From NCBI GenBank assembly GCA_040235475.1, contig JBECKY010000077.1:1517-65516 (forward strand): 64,000 nucleotides of DNA, written 5' to 3'. The position numbers were made by a program, and so were the translations under genes. Below are positions 1 through 11,061 of this stretch, in pieces (the stretch's first letter is position 1; each line of letters begins with the position of its first letter). Source of the stretch: Pseudomonadales bacterium (GTDB lineage Bacteria > Pseudomonadota > Gammaproteobacteria > Pseudomonadales > UBA3067). A model generated the notes under the pieces. That model was not told the origin of the DNA, did not search any database, and saw only the letters and a list, made by a program, of their open reading frames with translations.

Positions 1-807
<807 letters not shown>

Positions 808-808
808 C

Positions 809-834
809 AAAAAAAAGGGTGGAAAACCCACCCC
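809..834 (-). terminator. Rho-independent terminator of the 884..2185 gene
   Basis: The minus strand reads GGGTGG-GTTTT-CCACCC followed by T8. It lies about 50 nt downstream of the stop codon at 884-886. Confidence 0.8.
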
Positions 835-883
835 TTTACTTTTCTAAAGTTGCATTTATTTAATCTGCTATTTCAACCGCACA

Positions 884-2185
884 CTATAGCTCACCGACAC
901 TAACATCCGATGCCGAAACCACATTAGCCACTAGGGGTTGGCGCAATTCTTTAGTAGCTTTTTCGACGCCCCCTCTGGCCCAGAAATCTTTATTAAAATA
1001 AAGATTAATACCCAGAACAATATCCACACCTGTTGGTACATCGCTAATGATATAACCGACTTGAGGCGAACTGCCTTCATAACGCTCCGGTGCGTCCGGC
1101 TTGCTACCCAGACCCTTGTCCTTATAGAGTAGATTCATAGTGGGTTTAAAGTTATCGGAACCATTATACACAGCGATAATATCCCAATTTTTGCCACTTG
1201 AACCACTAAGCCAATTATTTTCTAAAGATACGCCATGACTCGGATCAAACTTATCTGCACCGGCAATAATCGGATCTGTTGGGCCTAGCGCCGTACGTAT
1301 TTTAGCGCCCTCCATTTCATTAAAGTCCAGTGATATTTCTATATTCAAATCGCTTAATACCGAGGCCGCTTTTGGTATAGCCAAAAAAACCGGAAACTCA
1401 ATTGAGTCACGGTTAATAGTCACCGCTGCGCCGGCCTTGGCTAAGTTGACGCCCAAAAGACCTAATGAGGCATCTACACTCAACACATTGCGCACCGGCC
1501 CATCTTTAACCGCTTTAATTGAATTGGGAATAAATTTGTTGCTGATTGTCGCCCCAATAAACCCCAGCTTGGCCCTTACGCGTAGCTTCATTGTATCCAG
1601 AATGGATGTTTCAGATTTATAACCATTATAAAAAAAATCTGACCACACCAAGGCATTATTTGGCTGAATTTGTAAAGAATATGAATCCGTTTTTATAAGT
1701 CCGGTTTCTTGATTAAAACTGACATAACGCACAGGGCTGCGCTCAGGGTTGCCTTCTACAACATAAGCATAAGCGGCCCCCTCCTGCGAGGAAAACTCCA
1801 ACTCACTGATGATTTTTCCTGCTACCACAGCTTTCTGCTCTGCTGAAGCCTGTTCCCCCGCATCTTTAAGCATAAAAGCCAACTCATCGTGAGCTTCAAT
1901 AATATTTTCTGTGCCGCTTATTTCCAGCACGCCCCCGGGGACGTATGGCAATCCCCGCATATCCATATCATCAAACTGGAAAGGTATGGGTACCAGGCGT
2001 CCGTCAGAAACCGCCATCACGGAAAAGTTATCGGGTAATTGCCCCAGCAACTCAGGTAGTGATGCTCCTTTGACGGTGACCACTTCTATTTCCCTTGCAG
2101 GAGATAATTCAACAGTTGCAAATGAATGGCCAGTAAACACCGTAAGCGCAGCTGCTATCAGGCAGGACATGGAAACAGACTTCAT
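884..2185 (-). CDS. Secreted protein of unknown function (paralogue A)
   Basis: 433-aa ORF with an N-terminal signal peptide (…AAALTVFTGHSFA/TVE). It is colinear with the 2636..3946 product. I recognise no family. Confidence 0.75.
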   Translation of the reverse strand: MKSVSMSCLIAAALTVFTGHSFATVELSPAREIEVVTVKGASLPELLGQLPDNFSVMAVSDGRLVPIPFQFDDMDMRGLPYVPGGVLEISGTENIIEAHDELAFMLKDAGEQASAEQKAVVAGKIISELEFSSQEGAAYAYVVEGNPERSPVRYVSFNQETGLIKTDSYSLQIQPNNALVWSDFFYNGYKSETSILDTMKLRVRAKLGFIGATISNKFIPNSIKAVKDGPVRNVLSVDASLGLLGVNLAKAGAAVTINRDSIEFPVFLAIPKAASVLSDLNIEISLDFNEMEGAKIRTALGPTDPIIAGADKFDPSHGVSLENNWLSGSSGKNWDIIAVYNGSDNFKPTMNLLYKDKGLGSKPDAPERYEGSSPQVGYIISDVPTGVDIVLGINLYFNKDFWARGGVEKATKELRQPLVANVVSASDVSVGEL

Positions 2186-2635
2186 CAGGCTTGCTCCTTA
2201 TTTATTTTTATTATTTATCTTTTTGTTTATTTTTAATGCTTTCTTAGGCAAGCGAAGCGGTCTTAACCCTCCTGATAGCCTAAAATATTACCCGCAGAGA
2301 AAAAATCTGACTGCATTGCGCAAAGCTTCAGCAACCTACTCTAGCTTGGAAGGAATATAGCAGTAGAAACATCATCAAACAGTGTCTTTTTTCTACATAA
2401 ACGTCATTTAAAAACATTTTTATCGCTATGGTTGCACAACTTTACTTTTTATACGGCAACATACTGCTCTTAAGCGACATTTTTTGTCAGATTTTTCATA
2501 AATCATGGAAAATTCTTCTTCTTTATGATCGAATAGCGCCGCGTTATAAGGCAAACAATAAAACTTAAAAAAGCGTCATTGCCTAATGTGGCAAACTGGC
2601 CTAATGACATGAGTTATCATGTTGGAGAAGTACCC

Positions 2636-3946
2636 ATGTTGAAAGCAGCTATGCACTTGCTAAAATTACCTGTTAGGCATCTATCCCCCCTCTTTCTTTT
2701 ATTATTTTTTTCCGCCATTGCCAACCTAACCCAAGCAGAACCACTTTCTCCCGCTCGTCAAATTGAAGTCAGCGTTGTTTCTGGTAAAGACTTGGCCTCA
2801 CTGCTTGGTAAAAACTTTGAACAGTTTTCAGTGATGGCTATTTCCGAAGGCCAATTACAGCCTATCCCTTTCCAGTTTGATGACCGTAATGAGGCGGGGC
2901 TGCTTTATGTGCCCGGCGGGAAATTAAAAGTTAATGGCGAGCCCGGTATTTTAGAGGCCCAGGATGAACTGGCATTTATGCTCAAAGACGCTGGCAACAA
3001 AGCTTCCTCGGATATGTTAAACGCTGCTTCGGGGACAGTTACTCATGAACTGAGCATTGATGCCGGCAGTCACCAGGGCTATGTCTATATCTTTAAAGAT
3101 AATCCCGAGCGCAGCAATATCCGCTATACATTCTTCGACAAAGACTCCGGCCTGATTAAAACCAATGCGTATACCTTACAGGTTAATCCAGACAACCTGC
3201 TTGACTGGTCTGACTATACCTACCATTCCTTCGCTGAAAACCGCAGTCTGCTGGATACAATGAAAATACGGGTAAAGGCCAAACTGGGTTTTATTGGCGC
3301 CACCATTAATAACAAGCTGATACCCAACAGGATTGTTGCTGTTAAAAACGGCCCGGTCAAAAGCATCATTGAAATGGATGCCACTATTTCGATCTTAGGC
3401 ATCACCCTTCTTAATGCTGGCGCCAGTGTTCAGGCTACGGAAAACACCACTCAGTTTCCTGTTTTTGTGACCATTCCCAGTGCGGCCTCGGTATTAAGCG
3501 ACCTGAAGATTGAAATATCCCTCGATTTTGATCAGCTCGAAGGCGCCAAAGTTCGTACCGCGCTTGGACCAAAGGAGCCGGTGATTGCCGGTGGAGGTGG
3601 CGCTGACCCAAAAAAACTTGATTTGGATTTTAACAACAGCTGGATAGCTGGCAGCAGTGGAAAGAATTGGGATATTACGGCTGTCTTTATCAGCGATGGC
3701 AGCGTTGAGCTTACCCTTGACCCCCTCTATAAAGATCAGGCCTTGGGAGACAAGCCGGACAAACCGGAACGAATTAATAACAGCCACCCCCAGGTTGGAT
3801 ATATCGTTAGCGACATACCTACGGGCGCCAGCGCGATGATTGGTATCAATTTATACTATTCCGATAATTTCTGGCAAGGCAATAAGCCCGAAAAGGCTGC
3901 CGCCGAAATCAGTCATCCTGCGCCTGTTTCTGTACTCGCTCTGTAG
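2636..3946 (+). CDS. Secreted protein of unknown function (paralogue B)
   Basis: The track ORF is 2579..3946. The likely start is the ATG at 2636 (MLKAAMHLLK…), preceded by GGAGAA at 2624-2629. The signal peptide ends …IANLTQA/EPL. It shares long conserved blocks with the 884..2185 product. Confidence 0.75.
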   Translation: MLKAAMHLLKLPVRHLSPLFLLLFFSAIANLTQAEPLSPARQIEVSVVSGKDLASLLGKNFEQFSVMAISEGQLQPIPFQFDDRNEAGLLYVPGGKLKVNGEPGILEAQDELAFMLKDAGNKASSDMLNAASGTVTHELSIDAGSHQGYVYIFKDNPERSNIRYTFFDKDSGLIKTNAYTLQVNPDNLLDWSDYTYHSFAENRSLLDTMKIRVKAKLGFIGATINNKLIPNRIVAVKNGPVKSIIEMDATISILGITLLNAGASVQATENTTQFPVFVTIPSAASVLSDLKIEISLDFDQLEGAKVRTALGPKEPVIAGGGGADPKKLDLDFNNSWIAGSSGKNWDITAVFISDGSVELTLDPLYKDQALGDKPDKPERINNSHPQVGYIVSDIPTGASAMIGINLYYSDNFWQGNKPEKAAAEISHPAPVSVLAL

Positions 3947-3965
3947 CGAGGTAATCCTGAGGCTG

Positions 3966-3999
3966 AACCAGGAAATGTTTTGCTAATCGTTTTCTGGTT
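3966..3999. terminator. Hairpin between convergent genes, a possible bidirectional terminator
   Basis: AACCAGGAAA-N14-TTTTCTGGTT is an inverted repeat with one mismatch. It lies between the stops at 3946 (+) and 4027 (-). No strong U-tract is present. Confidence 0.35.
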
Positions 4000-4026
4000 G
4001 AAACATAGGCTTAAATTCAGGGCCAA

Positions 4027-5697
4027 CTAATGGGCTGAGCGCCGAACCAGAATAACCACAGGGATCAAACCAACCAAAATCAAACTCAAAGCGGGTAATG
4101 CTGCCCGCTCCCACTCGCCCTCTGAGGTCATTTCATAAATACGAACGGCAAAGGTGTCCCAACCAAAGGGTCTTAGCAGCAAAGTGGCGGGCATTTCTTT
4201 CATTACATCAACAAATACCAGCAAAAAAGCTGTTAACAAGCCTGGTGTTAATATCGGAACGATAATCCTGCGCACCACGTCAGCCGGTGTTGCACCCAAA
4301 CTACGTGCCGCACTGGTAATACTTGGCTTGATTGTTTGCAAACCTGTATCCACTGGGCCAAAGGCAACCGCCAAAAACCTAACCGCATAAGCCAGCAACA
4401 GCGCAGCGGTGCCACCAACCAACACCGGCCCACTGCTGCTTATGCCAAACCATTGCAACACCCCTGCAATCCGGTCGTCGATCCAGACGAAGCTGATCAT
4501 GATACCTACCGCCAGCACAGAGCCTGGCAGTGCATAACCCATTGTCGACATACTGACACAAAATTTTAGCCACCTTTCTTTATAAAAGCGCTGCGAGAAC
4601 GCCAGAATGACAGCAAACAGTAAGGTGATTGTGCCGGCAACAAGCGCCAGTTGCACAGAGTGCCAGGCCAAACCCAGATAACGACTATCCAATTCCCTTA
4701 ACCCGGTTTGCAGCAACCAAATACTTAGCTGGATAAAAGGTATGACAAAAGCAATGGCCAGTATTAAGGATGAAAATAAAGTTGCAGCAACAGCTCGCCA
4801 GGCGACTAAACGAATACGGTGCTGATCTTTTTTTCGCGCCAGATGATAGTGCCCACGACTTCTTGTCATGCGTTCTGTTAACAGCGCCATTAAAGCAAAC
4901 AATAACAACAAAGAAGCCAGCTGGGCGGCAACATCTATATTAAAAAAACCATACCATGCTTTGTAAATGGCTGAGGTAAATGTATCGTAATTAAAAACCG
5001 AAACCGCACCAAAATCGGCCAGGGTTTCCATCAGCGCCAGAGCAACCCCTGCCGCAATCGCGGGCCGAGCCATTGGCAGTGACACCTTGAAAAAGGCCGA
5101 CCAGGGGCCAGCTCCCAGTATCCTTGCCGTTTCCATCAAACCTGGCCCCTGTGACATAAACGCACCTCGCGCCAGCATATAAACGTAGGGGTATAAAACC
5201 AGCACCATGACGCTAATAACACCACCGGTACTGCGCACCTCAGGAAACCAGTCTGAGCTACCAAATATCGAGCGAATACCACTTTGTACCGGGCCGGAAA
5301 AATCAAACAAACCAATGCTGACAAACGCTAACACATAGGTGGGCATGGCTAAGGGCAGCATCAAGGCCCAATCGAAAAAACGCCGCCCAGGAAAATCACA
5401 AATTGCCGTCAGCCAGGCCAAACCAACACCTAATACGCTTACCCCAAGGCCGACACCAATGATTAATACCAAAGTGTTCTTTAGCAATTCAACCAGACTG
5501 GTTTGATAAAGGTGGCTCCATATTTCTGTTTCTATGGTGAGCCAGCTTGAAGCTAGCACCAACAGCGGCAAGACCACCATGGCGAAGATAAGCAGCACCC
5601 AGAGACGGCCATTACTAATCAGCAAACGAAAATATTTTCTGCTTTTTAACTCAGGCTGGCTGTCAAAAAAACCTGTTTCACTTATTATTTTTGTCAC
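4027..5697 (-). CDS. Fe3+ ABC transporter permease, fused two-domain FbpB/HitB type
   Basis: 556-aa polytopic membrane protein with two ABC permease (BPD_transp_1-like) halves. It lies directly downstream of an FbpA-like binding-protein gene. Confidence 0.85.
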   Translation of the reverse strand: MTKIISETGFFDSQPELKSRKYFRLLISNGRLWVLLIFAMVVLPLLVLASSWLTIETEIWSHLYQTSLVELLKNTLVLIIGVGLGVSVLGVGLAWLTAICDFPGRRFFDWALMLPLAMPTYVLAFVSIGLFDFSGPVQSGIRSIFGSSDWFPEVRSTGGVISVMVLVLYPYVYMLARGAFMSQGPGLMETARILGAGPWSAFFKVSLPMARPAIAAGVALALMETLADFGAVSVFNYDTFTSAIYKAWYGFFNIDVAAQLASLLLLFALMALLTERMTRSRGHYHLARKKDQHRIRLVAWRAVAATLFSSLILAIAFVIPFIQLSIWLLQTGLRELDSRYLGLAWHSVQLALVAGTITLLFAVILAFSQRFYKERWLKFCVSMSTMGYALPGSVLAVGIMISFVWIDDRIAGVLQWFGISSSGPVLVGGTAALLLAYAVRFLAVAFGPVDTGLQTIKPSITSAARSLGATPADVVRRIIVPILTPGLLTAFLLVFVDVMKEMPATLLLRPFGWDTFAVRIYEMTSEGEWERAALPALSLILVGLIPVVILVRRSAH

Positions 5698-5711
5698 CTG
5701 TTATTGTTGCT

Positions 5712-6761
5712 TCACTTATAACCGACACGATCCATTAGCATGATAGCGGCCACCTGCAAGCGTCCGGCAACCTCTACATTGATGTCGTCCGCTTTGTATT
5801 GCCCCCAGGATGCAACTTGCTCTGTGGCCGTTACTTGCGGGTTAACGGGATACTCCTTGTTGAGGCCGGCAAATTTTTCCTGGGCTTGTTCCGAGCTCAA
5901 CCATTCCAGTAATTGTTGCGCAGCTTTTGGATGTCTGGCATTTTTTACCACCCCGGCACCGGAAATATTAATATGCACACCACGATCCTGCTGATTGGGC
6001 CAAAATAATTTTAAAGGTATGTTAGGTGTTTCATCTTGCAGGCGACCAAAATAATAAGTATTCACAATACCAACATCACATTGCCCGGCGATAATCGCTT
6101 CCATCAAATTTGTGTCATCGGAAAAAACGGGGGTTGCCAGATTATTAACCCAGGCTTTAATCACTTCTGCCGTTTTTTCCTCTCCGAGACGAGCCATCAT
6201 TGTGGCCACTAACGACTGGTTATAAACCTTTTTTGAGGTGCGCAAACATAATCTCCCTTGCCATTGCGAATCACCAAGGGCTTCATACGTTGATAATGCT
6301 TCAGGCTTTACCCGCTCAGTGGAATAGACGATGGTTCTTGCCCTAACAGACAAACCGAACCAGCGATTATCAGCATCCCTTAGATGGGCTGGCACATTGC
6401 TATTAAGCACTTCAGAGTCTATAGCTTGCAACAATCCCTGCTCCGCAGCCTGCCAAAGGTTTCCGGCATCAACCGTCATGAAAATGTCGGCTGGTGAATT
6501 ACGGCCCTCCGCTTTAAGTCGAGCCATAAGGGGGGCAGCTTCATCAGTAAGATAGCTGATTTTCACGCCACTTTGCTGTTCATACAAATCAAACAGCGGT
6601 TTAATCAAATGCTCTTTCCGAGACGAGTAAACAACGACCTCCTCGCTTGATTGAACATTATCACCGGTAACGTCAGTGAACTCTGGAATCAAGCTACGGA
6701 CAGTCATTAGTATAATAATAGCAAGAACCGCCAGCACAATTGATACGACTACCTTTTTCAT
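5712..6761 (-). CDS. Fe3+ ABC transporter periplasmic substrate-binding protein, FbpA/HitA type
   Basis: 349 aa with an N-terminal signal/anchor and an extracellular solute-binding family-1 pattern typical of ferric-binding proteins. A Fur-box-like site lies upstream. Confidence 0.8.
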   Translation of the reverse strand: MKKVVVSIVLAVLAIIILMTVRSLIPEFTDVTGDNVQSSEEVVVYSSRKEHLIKPLFDLYEQQSGVKISYLTDEAAPLMARLKAEGRNSPADIFMTVDAGNLWQAAEQGLLQAIDSEVLNSNVPAHLRDADNRWFGLSVRARTIVYSTERVKPEALSTYEALGDSQWQGRLCLRTSKKVYNQSLVATMMARLGEEKTAEVIKAWVNNLATPVFSDDTNLMEAIIAGQCDVGIVNTYYFGRLQDETPNIPLKLFWPNQQDRGVHINISGAGVVKNARHPKAAQQLLEWLSSEQAQEKFAGLNKEYPVNPQVTATEQVASWGQYKADDINVEVAGRLQVAAIMLMDRVGYK

Positions 6762-6826
6762 TTTTACGTTTCTCTCTTGAAATTCTCAACTTGAATTGCG
6801 CGTTAATTTTGCACCTAAGGCCAATT

Positions 6827-6845
6827 ATAAATGATAACCATTCTC
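6827..6845. promoter_or_regulatory. Fur-box-like operator overlapping a TATAAT -10 element of the Fe3+ transporter operon
   Basis: ATAAATGATAACCATTCTC matches the 19-bp Fur consensus GATAATGATAATCATTATC at 14 of 19 positions. It lies 66-84 nt upstream of the start at 6761. The minus strand contains TATAAT inside the site. Confidence 0.6.
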
Positions 6846-7051
6846 AATTGCGAGCTTTTAGCCCTGGTTTTCAGGGTAAAGCTTTTTTGCAGACAAACAT
6901 TTACCCAGGACAACAAAAGGGCTTAAAACGCTTAGGCACGCGACACTAAGCCCAGACAGTTAAAATCAAGCATATAGAAAATAAATTATTTAAATCAATA
7001 TGTTAAAGGATTTTCTCTTAAAAAAGACAGTGCTGCAAATAAAGCAAAGCG

Positions 7052-8317
7052 CTACAGCGGCCGGCCTTTAGCCAGCCTGGGTAAGTCGCCCTCAAGCCCC
7101 ATGGCTCTGGCCATGATTTTATTTTTAACAGGAGGCAGTCGATTCATCCAGGTCATACCCATATTTCTCGCCCAACGAACCGGCAGGGCATTGGCTTCAA
7201 ACAAGGCCTTAAAGCCCCCCATGGTGGTCATCATTAATGTATTTTCGCCTTTTCTTCGCCGTTGAAAGCGCTTTAACACCAGCAAATTTCCAATATTAAC
7301 TTGTTTACCCATCGCCCGATTAATTTCTTCAGCCAACACTGCGGCATCGAGAAAGCCTAAATTCACCCCCTGGCCTGCCAGTGGATGTATGGTATGTGCG
7401 GCATCACCAATTAATGCAAGCCCCGGCTGCACATACTGCGAGGCATGCCGCTCCAGCAAAGGAAAGGCAAAACGTTTTTCCGCTGAAAGAATTTCTCCAA
7501 GACAGTGCTCTGATGCTTTGCCCAAAGCATGGCAAAAGGCGGCGTCATCCATGGCGATAATAGCCTTGGCGGTATCAGGTTCTGCTGACCAGACTATGGA
7601 GCAATAATGCTCATCGCCACTTTCATCTTGCAAAGGCAATAAGGCCAGTGGCCCGGTGGCAATAAAACGCTGACGCGCCACAGCTCCGTGGTTTTTTTCA
7701 GTGCGCACGGTGGTCACAATGGAGTGATGTTGATAAGGTTTTTCCTTGACCTCAAAACCGGCAAGATCCCGCACCAACGACAGGGCACCGTCTGCTCCGA
7801 TTAACAGTTTTGTTTCCAGGCAAGTACCATCAGATAAATAAACCGCCCACTGGCTGCCATCACTGTTTTGCAGACGTTCAATATTGGTGAGCTTCTGCGG
7901 ACACAGCCAATCAACCGTACCCAGGGTTTCAAGCCGCTCCAGTATCCCCGCAAGCACGACCCTGTTTTCAATAATATGGCCCAGTTGTTTTTCGGCCATG
8001 CTGTTAGCATTGAATTCAATATGCCCGGTGCCTTCGGCATCCCAGACGGACATACCTACGAAAGGACTGTTACGGTATTTTTGAATATGTTGCCAAACAC
8101 CCAGGCTTGCAAAAATTTTTCGGCTTGCAGTGGTTAAGGCACTCACTCGCGGGTCAAAGCCTTCGCCACGTACCCAGCCTTTATCGAACGGCTTGCTTTC
8201 CACAACAGCGATTTTCAGGTGTTTGGAAAATTCCCCCTGGGACAGAGCACAGGCCAGGGTTGATCCCACCATTGCACCGCCGATTATAAGCACGTCGTAT
8301 TGCTGTGAAGAATCCAC
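7052..8317 (-). CDS. ubiI: UbiH/UbiF/VisC-family FAD-dependent ubiquinone-biosynthesis hydroxylase (UbiI/VisC-like)
   Basis: 421 aa with an N-terminal GGAMVG dinucleotide-binding motif and the GDAAH motif. It occupies the conserved position after ubiH in the ygfB-pepP-ubiH-visC operon. Confidence 0.8.
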   Translation of the reverse strand: MDSSQQYDVLIIGGAMVGSTLACALSQGEFSKHLKIAVVESKPFDKGWVRGEGFDPRVSALTTASRKIFASLGVWQHIQKYRNSPFVGMSVWDAEGTGHIEFNANSMAEKQLGHIIENRVVLAGILERLETLGTVDWLCPQKLTNIERLQNSDGSQWAVYLSDGTCLETKLLIGADGALSLVRDLAGFEVKEKPYQHHSIVTTVRTEKNHGAVARQRFIATGPLALLPLQDESGDEHYCSIVWSAEPDTAKAIIAMDDAAFCHALGKASEHCLGEILSAEKRFAFPLLERHASQYVQPGLALIGDAAHTIHPLAGQGVNLGFLDAAVLAEEINRAMGKQVNIGNLLVLKRFQRRRKGENTLMMTTMGGFKALFEANALPVRWARNMGMTWMNRLPPVKNKIMARAMGLEGDLPRLAKGRPL

Positions 8318-8366
8318 TTAGCCAGCCCTTCCTAAGTCATTAAAATAAAAATCACCAGAACCTATT

Positions 8367-9644
8367 TTATAAATCCGGAATACCTGCGGACAGGCCCATG
8401 GCATGCCGGGTCAGGATTTTTTTCCCTCCCGGCCATAAGTCCAGAGCAACCATGCCTAAGTTTCGCCCTGCTGACAAAAACGCAGAGTTATTCGAAAACA
8501 AACGCATTAATTTATCTGAAAACTGTATTGTTGTTTCCTGATCAAGCGCCCGCGTGTTTAAATAACTTTCTAACACTGGCAAACTACCGATATGTTGGCC
8601 ATTTTTTTTTGCCGCGCTCAGGGTGCTGCTTAAAAACGCCACATCTCTTAACGAAAGGTTTAACCCCTGCCCGGCAACCGGGTGAAGCGAATGCGCAGCA
8701 TTGCCCAACACCACACAAGCGGGACGTATCTGTTCTTTGGCGCGCATTAATTTCAAGGGATAACAGGCTCTCTCACCAACTTTATTAAACCCGCCGACAC
8801 GCCCACCAATACGTTCATTTACGGCCTTTATAAACGCCCTGTCATCCATATTGAGATAATAATCGCTATCATTTGCAGGCACCGTGAATACCAAGGCAAA
8901 GCGATCATCAACCAAAGGCAGTAATGCCATGGGGCCAGACTCGGTAAACCGCTCGTAAGCAATGTTTTGATGCGCCTTTACAGGCGTTAAATTCGCAACA
9001 AGCGCCGACTGGCCGTAGTCATGCACTGCTTTATCTATATGCAAGTATCGGCAACAGGCAGACTCTTCACCATCGGCCGCTACCAACAGGTCTGCCTTTA
9101 AGTTCAAAGGCCCATTTTCAGTATCGACTTGCACCTGCACAGCGCCGCTAGAATTTTCCTCAGCTGTGTTTTCCGCTACCAGTGCTACAACTTTTGCCGG
9201 GCTGAATAGTGTAATGCCTTCATGATCATGCAGGGCGTTAATCAGAACCTGGCCAAACCAGGGGTTTTCAACAACGCGACCAAAGGACTCCACTTCTTCT
9301 TCATCGCAACTGATTCGGGTAACACCAAATTTACCTTGATCGGACACATGAATCTGTTTAATAACTTCCGCTCTTTCGTTAATAGCAGCGAGCAGCCCCA
9401 AACCGGCCAGCATTCGGCAGCTGCCTTCAGACAGTGCCGTGCTCCGGGCATCGTAACTGGGTGTGTAAGCGGGCAATTCATTTTGACCCTGCTTGCCATT
9501 TGTTTTCCCACTTGCCTGCTTGCGAAGCAAAGGAAAAGCTTCTACTACAGCCACTGAAAACTGACCGGTTTTTGCCAGCGCACAAGCCAGGGTTGCACCC
9601 ACCATGCCACCGCCAACAATTATAATGTCAAACTGCTGTGTCAT
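8367..9644 (-). CDS. ubiH: 2-octaprenyl-6-methoxyphenol hydroxylase
   Basis: 425 aa with GGGMVG and GNAAH motifs. Its start overlaps the pepP stop (TAATG), as in the conserved pepP-ubiH arrangement. Confidence 0.85.
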   Translation of the reverse strand: MTQQFDIIIVGGGMVGATLACALAKTGQFSVAVVEAFPLLRKQASGKTNGKQGQNELPAYTPSYDARSTALSEGSCRMLAGLGLLAAINERAEVIKQIHVSDQGKFGVTRISCDEEEVESFGRVVENPWFGQVLINALHDHEGITLFSPAKVVALVAENTAEENSSGAVQVQVDTENGPLNLKADLLVAADGEESACCRYLHIDKAVHDYGQSALVANLTPVKAHQNIAYERFTESGPMALLPLVDDRFALVFTVPANDSDYYLNMDDRAFIKAVNERIGGRVGGFNKVGERACYPLKLMRAKEQIRPACVVLGNAAHSLHPVAGQGLNLSLRDVAFLSSTLSAAKKNGQHIGSLPVLESYLNTRALDQETTIQFSDKLMRLFSNNSAFLSAGRNLGMVALDLWPGGKKILTRHAMGLSAGIPDL

Positions 9645-11005
9645 TAGCTGGCCTTTTTTACAGCTTTAGGTTTTGCTGTTTTTGGCTTGGAACGTCCGCG
9701 CATGGTTTTTTCTATGTCTTTTACCGATTTCGGCGCTGCTGCCGACAGTATTTTATGCCCTTTCGCGGTGACCAATACATCATCTTCAATACGCACACCG
9801 ATACCTTGCCATTTTTTTGCTACACCTTCAGTGCCTGGGGCAATATAAATGCCTGGCTCTATGGTTAATACCATGCCCGGCTCCAGAACGCGCCAGTGTT
9901 CACTGACTTTATAATCCCCCACATCGTGTACGTCCATGCCCAGCCAATGCCCCGCTCGATGCATGTAAAATTTCTTATGGCTTTCTTCCGCGATTAAGGT
10001 TTCAAGGTTGCCTTTTAGGATACCCAGTTCCAGCAGGCCCGCAGTAATAACTTCAACGGTTTTATCGTGGGGCTGATTCCAGGTATTACCCGGTTTCACT
10101 TCTTCTATGGCTGCCAGCTGCGCCTTTAACACCAATTCATAAATCTTTTTTTGAGGCTCACTGAATTTCCCATTTACAGGGAAAGTGCGGGTAATGTCCG
10201 ATGCATAACAGTCCAGCTCACAACCGGCATCAATCAACACCAGATCACCAGATTTAAGTGTCGCAGAATTTTCAATATAATGCAGAATACAGCCGTTTTT
10301 ACCACTTCCTACAATGGAAGGGTAAGCTGGCGAACGAGAACCGTGTGTAGCAAATTCATGGAGAAATTCAGCTTCTAACTGGTACTCTGTCATCCCTGGC
10401 TGGCAGACCTGCATTGCCCGACGATGCGCACCGGCAGAAATATCTGCAGCTTCCTGCATCACTTTTATTTCTGCCGCGGATTTAAACAAACGCATTTCAT
10501 GAATCAAAAGATCCAAAGAAATAAACTCTCCTGGAGGATGGGCGCCACTTCTAGCCTTCGAACGAATGGTATTAACCCATTCCATGAGCATGCGATCAAA
10601 TTCGGCGTCACCGCCCATCGCATAGTAAACCCGATCGCGACCTTCAATCAGTCCAGGCAAAATATCGTCAATGCAGGCTATCGGGAATGCATCGTCAGCG
10701 CCAAATTTTTTACACGCGCCTTCAGGCCCCGCCATGCAGCCATCCCAAATCTCTTTTTCGGGATCACGCTCACGACAAAATAGTAGAAATTCGCCATGCT
10801 CCCTGCCTGGGATCAGTACAGCAACCGCATCCGGCTCTTCAAAACCAGTTAAATATAAAAAATCACTATCCTGCCGAAATATATAATTAACATCGCGATT
10901 TCTACGCTTGGTTGTTGCAGAAGGCAGGATGGCTATGCTGTTTTCATCCATGTCACGCATTAATCGTGCCCGACGACGGGCAAATTCCTGGAGGCTTATT
11001 CTCAT
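9644..11005 (-). CDS. pepP: Xaa-Pro aminopeptidase (aminopeptidase P)
   Basis: 453 aa with an M24B pita-bread fold signature (HGxGHxLGxDVHD, EPG, VRIED). It sits in ygfB-pepP-ubiH synteny. It carries an extra Lys/Pro-rich C-terminal tail. Confidence 0.9.
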   Translation of the reverse strand: MRISLQEFARRRARLMRDMDENSIAILPSATTKRRNRDVNYIFRQDSDFLYLTGFEEPDAVAVLIPGREHGEFLLFCRERDPEKEIWDGCMAGPEGACKKFGADDAFPIACIDDILPGLIEGRDRVYYAMGGDAEFDRMLMEWVNTIRSKARSGAHPPGEFISLDLLIHEMRLFKSAAEIKVMQEAADISAGAHRRAMQVCQPGMTEYQLEAEFLHEFATHGSRSPAYPSIVGSGKNGCILHYIENSATLKSGDLVLIDAGCELDCYASDITRTFPVNGKFSEPQKKIYELVLKAQLAAIEEVKPGNTWNQPHDKTVEVITAGLLELGILKGNLETLIAEESHKKFYMHRAGHWLGMDVHDVGDYKVSEHWRVLEPGMVLTIEPGIYIAPGTEGVAKKWQGIGVRIEDDVLVTAKGHKILSAAAPKSVKDIEKTMRGRSKPKTAKPKAVKKAS

Positions 11006-11061
11006 ATTTTGATTCTTCTAATTTATTTCAACCACTTTTATTGCAACAAGGTCAAAGAGTT

